DNA of 32,000 nucleotides from Alkanindiges sp. WGS2144 (GTDB lineage Bacteria; Pseudomonadota; Gammaproteobacteria; Pseudomonadales; Moraxellaceae): NCBI RefSeq assembly GCF_043950625.1, contig NZ_CP171007.1; one strand, 5' to 3'. Shown piece by piece: positions 27,355 to 32,000 of this stretch (position 1 is its first letter; each line of letters starts with the position of its first letter). The notes under the pieces were generated by a model. It saw only the letters and a program-made list of their open reading frames with translations, ran no database searches and was not told where the DNA came from. The position numbers and the translations under genes were made by a program.

Positions 27355-27843
27355 ATGTGGGAAATACAGATGAAATGGCATGAACTTGGTGAAATGAATT
27401 GCCCGATTGCGCGAAGTTTGTCTATTCTGGGTGATCGCTGGACGTTGCTGATTATCCGTAATGCTTTTATGCGCACCCGCCGTTTTGACGACTTTCAAAA
27501 ACAGCTGGGCATCACCCGTCATTTACTGACCGAGCGCCTCAATCGGCTGGTAGAAAATAATATTTTTCAGAAGGTGCTGTATCAGGAAGCCCCAAAACGC
27601 TACGAATATAAATTAACCGACAAAGGCCTGGCACTTTATCCTGTTATTATGGCTATTAGTCAGTGGGGCAATCAGTGGCTGAATGAAGCACAGCAATTCC
27701 AGAAACTGGAGTATATGCATAAATCCTGTGGACACGTGGCACAGCCAACCATGAGCTGCAATCATTGTGGTGAAGCATTGCATGCCAAAAATGTGCTGCC
27801 CGTCTATCTGGAAGCGACCCAGCAAAGTGAGGAGGTCTCCTAG
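27355..27843 (+). CDS. HxlR-family winged-helix transcriptional regulator
   Basis: CPIARSLSILGDRWTLLIIRNAF...RFDDFQKQLGI...LTERLNRLVENNIF...YEYKLTDKG is the HxlR signature. An alternative start lies at 27370. The gene is divergent from the hydrolase gene. Confidence 0.88.
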   Translation: MWEIQMKWHELGEMNCPIARSLSILGDRWTLLIIRNAFMRTRRFDDFQKQLGITRHLLTERLNRLVENNIFQKVLYQEAPKRYEYKLTDKGLALYPVIMAISQWGNQWLNEAQQFQKLEYMHKSCGHVAQPTMSCNHCGEALHAKNVLPVYLEATQQSEEVS

Positions 27844-27900
27844 CTGAGAGTTCTCTTTTACAATTTACCCGTCCACGAGCAGTCAGGCTGATTACACGTA

Positions 27901-28146
27901 TCAATAATGCGGCGGAATTTCCTTGAGCGGATCAAAAGGCTCAACGCCTTCCTCGCCACTCTGGTATGATTCCAGCTTCTGATACAGTAATTGCATCTGT
28001 TTTTGCAAATCCAGAATGGTTTGCTGCTGACTGGCAACCATCTGGTTTAATGACTCAACCAGATCATCCAGAAATGCGATTTTAACTTGCAAATCGTCAA
28101 GCCGTGCGGAAAATGTACTTTCCAACTGGCGTACTTGTTCGTCCAT
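27901..28146 (-). CDS. slyX: SlyX-family coiled-coil protein
   Basis: 81-aa coiled-coil protein with LEVKIAFxDDxxExLN-type sequence (LDDLQVKIAFLDDLVESLNQMV). GGAG lies upstream. Confidence 0.8.
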   Translation of the reverse strand: MDEQVRQLESTFSARLDDLQVKIAFLDDLVESLNQMVASQQQTILDLQKQMQLLYQKLESYQSGEEGVEPFDPLKEIPPHY

Positions 28147-28189
28147 TTGTTAACTCCAGTTTATTTCATCGTTACGGAAAAATCTGTTT

Positions 28190-30139
28190 ATGGCACTGAT
28201 TAGCTTACGCGATATTCACCTGGCCTTTGGTGGCCCTGCCCTGCTGGACGGAGCAAGCTTTACTCTGGAACGCGGTGAGCGCGTGTGCCTCATTGGCCGC
28301 AACGGTGAAGGTAAGTCTACGCTGCTCAAGCTAATCAATGGTAGCTTAATGGCAGACAGCGGCGAAGTAGCCAAGCAAAATAATTTGCGTATTGCGATGC
28401 TGGAACAGGATGTGCCCATGAGCAATGGCCGTGTGGCCGATATTGTGGCAGGTGGCGCGGGCAAAGCCGCACAGGTTTTAATTGATTACCACGCTGCCAG
28501 TGATGCTTGTGTGGCCGGTGACATGCAGGCTTGCGACCGCATGGGTGAGTTACAGCATCAACTGGACGCGCTGGATGGCTGGGCGCTGGAACGTCAGGTC
28601 GATACTATTTTGGCTAAAATGAATCTGGATGGGCAGGCTGATCTATCTGATTTATCCGGTGGACGTAAACGCCGCGTGTTGCTAGCACGGGCACTACTGA
28701 CTGAGCCAGACGTATTACTACTGGACGAACCGACTAACCATCTAGATGTTGAAAGTATTGAATGGCTGGAGCAATTCCTGCTGGACTGGCCCAACTTAAC
28801 CCTGCTGTTTATTTCGCATGACCGTGCGTTTGTAGATCATCTGGCTACCCGGATTGTCGAGCTGGATCGCGGCATTCTGCGCAGTTATGAAGGCAACTAT
28901 GCGCGTTATCTAGAACTCAAAGCCCAGCAACTGGAAGCCGAAGAAAAACAAAATGCCAATTTTGACAAGAAACTGGCCGAAGAAGAAGTGTGGATTCGCC
29001 AGGGCATCAAGGCACGCCGCACCCGTAATGAAGGCCGTGTGCGCGCACTTAAAGCTCTGCGTGGGGAATTCAAGGCACGCCGCAGCCAGCAAGGCAATGT
29101 ATCCTTAAATGTTCAGGATGCCAAAAAATCCGGTAAGCTGGTGTTTGACATTGAGCATTTATCCTTACAGTTTGGTGACAACGTACTGGTACGTGATTTT
29201 TCAGCACTGGTGATGCGCGGTGACCGGATTGGTTTAATTGGCGATAATGGTGTGGGCAAAACCACACTGATTCGTGCCTTGCTGGGTCAACAGGAACATG
29301 GCGGAACCGTACGTACCGGAACCCAGCTGGATGTGGCTTATTTTGACCAGCTGCGTAATCAGTTAGACCTGGAAAAATCAGTGCAGGAAAACGTCAGCGC
29401 TGGCAGCGATTTTATCGAAATCAATGGCGCACGCCGGCATATTCTCAGCTATCTACAGGATTTTCTATTTTCGCCGCAACGTGCCAGAACACCAGTTAAA
29501 GCACTGTCTGGCGGTGAGCGTAATCGCCTGCTGCTGGCCCGACTACTATTAAAGCCTTCCAACCTGCTGGTGCTGGACGAACCCACCAATGACCTGGATA
29601 TGGTGACCTTAGAGCTGCTGGAAGAAATGCTGGCCAGCTATCCGGGAACGCTGCTATTAATTAGCCACGACCGGGCATTTGTGGATCAGGTAGTTACCTC
29701 AACCTGGGTGTTTGATGGCAAGGGTGGCATTGAAGAATATATTGGTGGTTATCAGGATTATCTGGCTCAAAAAGCCCAGCAATCCAAATACCAGAATGTA
29801 CAAGCGACTAGCCGCGACTCAATTAAAGATCAGAAAGCGACACAAAAGACTGAACAAAAGTCAGGGCAAAAAGCCAGGTCAGATCATCAGTCCCTTGTAT
29901 CCAAAAAAGTAAAATTGAGTTATAAAGATCAACGGGAACTGGATGCCTTGCCTGATGAAATTGCAGCGCTAGAGGAAGAACAGGAACAGCTATCGACCAA
30001 ACTGGCGGATGGCTCATGGTTTAGCACTGATACGCAGGTAGCAACCGAGGCCGCTACACGGTTGGCTACTATAGAACAAGAATTGATGGACAAACTGGAG
30101 CGCTGGACAGAACTAGAAGCTGCCAGTCAAGGAGAGTAA
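28190..30139 (+). CDS. uup: ABC-F family ATPase Uup
   Basis: There are two ABC cassettes (GRNGEGKST / LSGGRKRRVLLA / LLLDEPTNHLD, and GDNGVGKTT / LSGGERNRLLLA / LVLDEPTNDLD). The linker EEVWIRQGIKARRTRNEGRVRAL and a C-terminal coiled coil are colinear with E. coli Uup. Confidence 0.93.
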   Translation: MALISLRDIHLAFGGPALLDGASFTLERGERVCLIGRNGEGKSTLLKLINGSLMADSGEVAKQNNLRIAMLEQDVPMSNGRVADIVAGGAGKAAQVLIDYHAASDACVAGDMQACDRMGELQHQLDALDGWALERQVDTILAKMNLDGQADLSDLSGGRKRRVLLARALLTEPDVLLLDEPTNHLDVESIEWLEQFLLDWPNLTLLFISHDRAFVDHLATRIVELDRGILRSYEGNYARYLELKAQQLEAEEKQNANFDKKLAEEEVWIRQGIKARRTRNEGRVRALKALRGEFKARRSQQGNVSLNVQDAKKSGKLVFDIEHLSLQFGDNVLVRDFSALVMRGDRIGLIGDNGVGKTTLIRALLGQQEHGGTVRTGTQLDVAYFDQLRNQLDLEKSVQENVSAGSDFIEINGARRHILSYLQDFLFSPQRARTPVKALSGGERNRLLLARLLLKPSNLLVLDEPTNDLDMVTLELLEEMLASYPGTLLLISHDRAFVDQVVTSTWVFDGKGGIEEYIGGYQDYLAQKAQQSKYQNVQATSRDSIKDQKATQKTEQKSGQKARSDHQSLVSKKVKLSYKDQRELDALPDEIAALEEEQEQLSTKLADGSWFSTDTQVATEAATRLATIEQELMDKLERWTELEAASQGE

Positions 30140-30143
30140 CGCA

Positions 30144-30839
30144 ATGCTGGGTATGAAAAAATCAATAGTCGTGGGCTTGGCTGGCCTGTCTTTGGCACTT
30201 GGTGCCTGTAGCCACCTCACCAAAAATCAGCAGACAAAAATCCAGCCTAACAAGCCTCTGGTACAAAGCAACCAGATTTATTATGCGCCGGCACAAAGCT
30301 ACAATCTGGATTTGGATACACCCGCCCTGCTGGGTAAACTCGACCTTAAACAAAGCTGTACTGCCGAAGGCAACAGCTTAAGCATTACCGACCAGATAGG
30401 CCGTTTTTACCGGGTAGATGCCATTAACCTGAACAATAATCCAAAACTACCTCAGGCTAATGAACAAAATTCTGCTGCCCTAACCAGCCAGTTAGCGCAG
30501 TTTTATAGTCAGTTGTATCAAACCCCGTTACAGGGTAATACCAAGTCCGTGCGCTCTGCTTTGGGTGCTTCAGGTTATGCCGTGTTAAGTCAGGATAACC
30601 AGCAGGTCATTGGCTTGCTGATTCACAAGCGTGGTGACTACGCTTACGTACTACAACACACTCAGCCTCGTTATGATGAAAAAACCATGCAACAAGCGTT
30701 GGCGCAGTTAGCCCAAAACATGCAAATCCCAGGTCGTCAGCTTAAAAACTCGACTTCTGAAATGGCTTTATCCATCGATTTAGCGCAATCTACTCCCGCA
30801 CAATTAGCTGCCTGGAAAAAATCTGCCAACTGCTCATGA
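30144..30839 (+). CDS. Hypothetical lipoprotein
   Basis: Signal peptide with lipobox LSLALGAC. GGAGA lies 8 nt upstream of the ATG. The stop overlaps the next gene's start (ATGA). Confidence 0.7.
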   Translation: MLGMKKSIVVGLAGLSLALGACSHLTKNQQTKIQPNKPLVQSNQIYYAPAQSYNLDLDTPALLGKLDLKQSCTAEGNSLSITDQIGRFYRVDAINLNNNPKLPQANEQNSAALTSQLAQFYSQLYQTPLQGNTKSVRSALGASGYAVLSQDNQQVIGLLIHKRGDYAYVLQHTQPRYDEKTMQQALAQLAQNMQIPGRQLKNSTSEMALSIDLAQSTPAQLAAWKKSANCS

Positions 30840-31768
30840 GTTCCCATTCCACCCCTGCTGAACCCCGCTTTTCCCCCCGTTTTCTTGCCCCTAAATACTG
30901 GGGCATCTGGCTGGGTGTTTTTTTGTTGTTACCTTGGGCATTTATGCCTTGGCCAGTACAACGGACTTTAGGAGCGGCTATTGGAAGGCTATTGTGGAAA
31001 GTGCTCAAATCGCGGCGCAAAACGACCCTGACTAATTTAAGAGTGTGTTATCCAGGTCTTGGCGATATTGAATATCAGCATATGGGACGGGAAGTTTTTG
31101 AAAACATGGGTATTGGTATTTTTGAAAGCCTGACCGCATGGTACAACCCCCAGCGTTTTAACGGCAAGGTGAGCATTAGCGGCCTGGAACACCTACAGCA
31201 GGCACAGCACAATGAGCGCGGCATTTTATTGCTGGGCTTGCACTCTACCCTGCTGGATGCAGGTGGGCTATTGTGCAGCTATTATTTTGATACCGATGTG
31301 GTGTATCGTCCACAAAACAATCCCATGCTGGACTGGCTAATTTACCGCTCACGCAGCACCATTTATGATCAGCAGATTGACCATGACAACATTCGCCTGC
31401 TGGTGCGTCGTTTAAAAGAAAAACATATTGTGTGGTACTCACCGGATCAGGATTTTGGCCTAAAACAGGGTGTGATGGCACCGTTTTATGGCGTGCCAGC
31501 TGCCACGGTTACTGCCCAGCGCCGCCTGATTAAAATGACCAATGCCGCTGTAATGTCGTTACACTTTTATCGTCAAGACAGCAAAAAACCGCACTACCAT
31601 ATTCATATTACCCCAGCTTTAGAAAACTACCCTACTCACGACGAAATTGCTGATGCCACCACCAGCAACCATCTGGTTGAGCAACAGCTTGACCTTGCAC
31701 CAACGCAATACATGTGGTTTCATCGCCGCTTTAAAACCCGCCCAGAAGGTTATCCGCCTGTCTATTAA
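30836..31768 (+). CDS. lpxL: Lipid A biosynthesis lauroyl/myristoyl acyltransferase (LpxL/LpxM family)
   Basis: Colinear with E. coli LpxL: [15 protein letters not shown], the HS/HxxxxD-type region [24 protein letters not shown] and [15 protein letters not shown]. Confidence 0.88.
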   Translation: MSSHSTPAEPRFSPRFLAPKYWGIWLGVFLLLPWAFMPWPVQRTLGAAIGRLLWKVLKSRRKTTLTNLRVCYPGLGDIEYQHMGREVFENMGIGIFESLTAWYNPQRFNGKVSISGLEHLQQAQHNERGILLLGLHSTLLDAGGLLCSYYFDTDVVYRPQNNPMLDWLIYRSRSTIYDQQIDHDNIRLLVRRLKEKHIVWYSPDQDFGLKQGVMAPFYGVPAATVTAQRRLIKMTNAAVMSLHFYRQDSKKPHYHIHITPALENYPTHDEIADATTSNHLVEQQLDLAPTQYMWFHRRFKTRPEGYPPVY

Positions 31769-31817
31769 GGCTACCTTAACTAAGCCTGTGTTAAAAAAAC
31801 CAGCGAGCCATTTTTAT

Positions 31818-32000
31818 ATGAAAGTGATCCAGTTGCTTCCTGAACTCAACAGTGGCGGTGTAGAGCGCGGCACTCTGGAAATTGGCCGGGCGCTGGTCGC
31901 TCAGGGTCACCAATCAGTCGTAGTTTCTAACGGCGGACGACTAGTGCCACAACTGGAGCAGAAAGGTTCACGTCACCTGCAACTGGCCATTCATAAAAAA
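31818..32000 (+). CDS. Glycosyltransferase (GT4-like), 5' partial, runs off the window
   Basis: [31 protein letters not shown] is the typical N-terminus of GT-B family-4 glycosyltransferases. The frame is open to the end of the window. Confidence 0.7.
   Translation, partial: MKVIQLLPELNSGGVERGTLEIGRALVAQGHQSVVVSNGGRLVPQLEQKGSRHLQLAIHKK

Overview
The window is mostly housekeeping chromosome from a gammaproteobacterium. Gene content and order look Acinetobacter/Moraxellaceae-like, but that assignment is tentative. Recognised core genes are purU, a TetR regulator divergent from an aldehyde dehydrogenase, rpmB-rpmG, a YbaL/Kef-type K+/H+ antiporter, a nitronate monooxygenase-like gene, an OmpA-family protein, hemF, ribA, dxs, a suhB-like gene, topA, an enoyl-CoA hydratase, a PaaI thioesterase, a metal-dependent hydrolase, an HxlR regulator, slyX, uup, a lipoprotein, an lpxL-family acyltransferase and the start of a glycosyltransferase. 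The exception is an AT-rich accessory island of about 5.5 kb (about 16030-21539) between a frameshifted conserved membrane-protein gene and topA. The island opens with an orphan PAAR-domain gene (16110-16673), which encodes a T6SS spike tip carrying a C-terminal extension of about 100 aa. A tightly linked 106-aa ORF of unknown function follows, then about 300 bp of short end-to-end reading frames. Next come two tandem paralogous lipoprotein genes that look like immunity genes. The island has been hit three times by IS elements. Two near-identical copies of an 889-bp IS5/Harbinger-like IS are present: one splits the first lipoprotein gene, and the other is itself split by a 1230-bp IS3-family element. 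I read the island as a candidate uncharacterised PAAR-associated T6SS effector/immunity module that is partly decayed. No T6SS core genes, CRISPR arrays, tRNA genes or rRNA genes are visible in the window.
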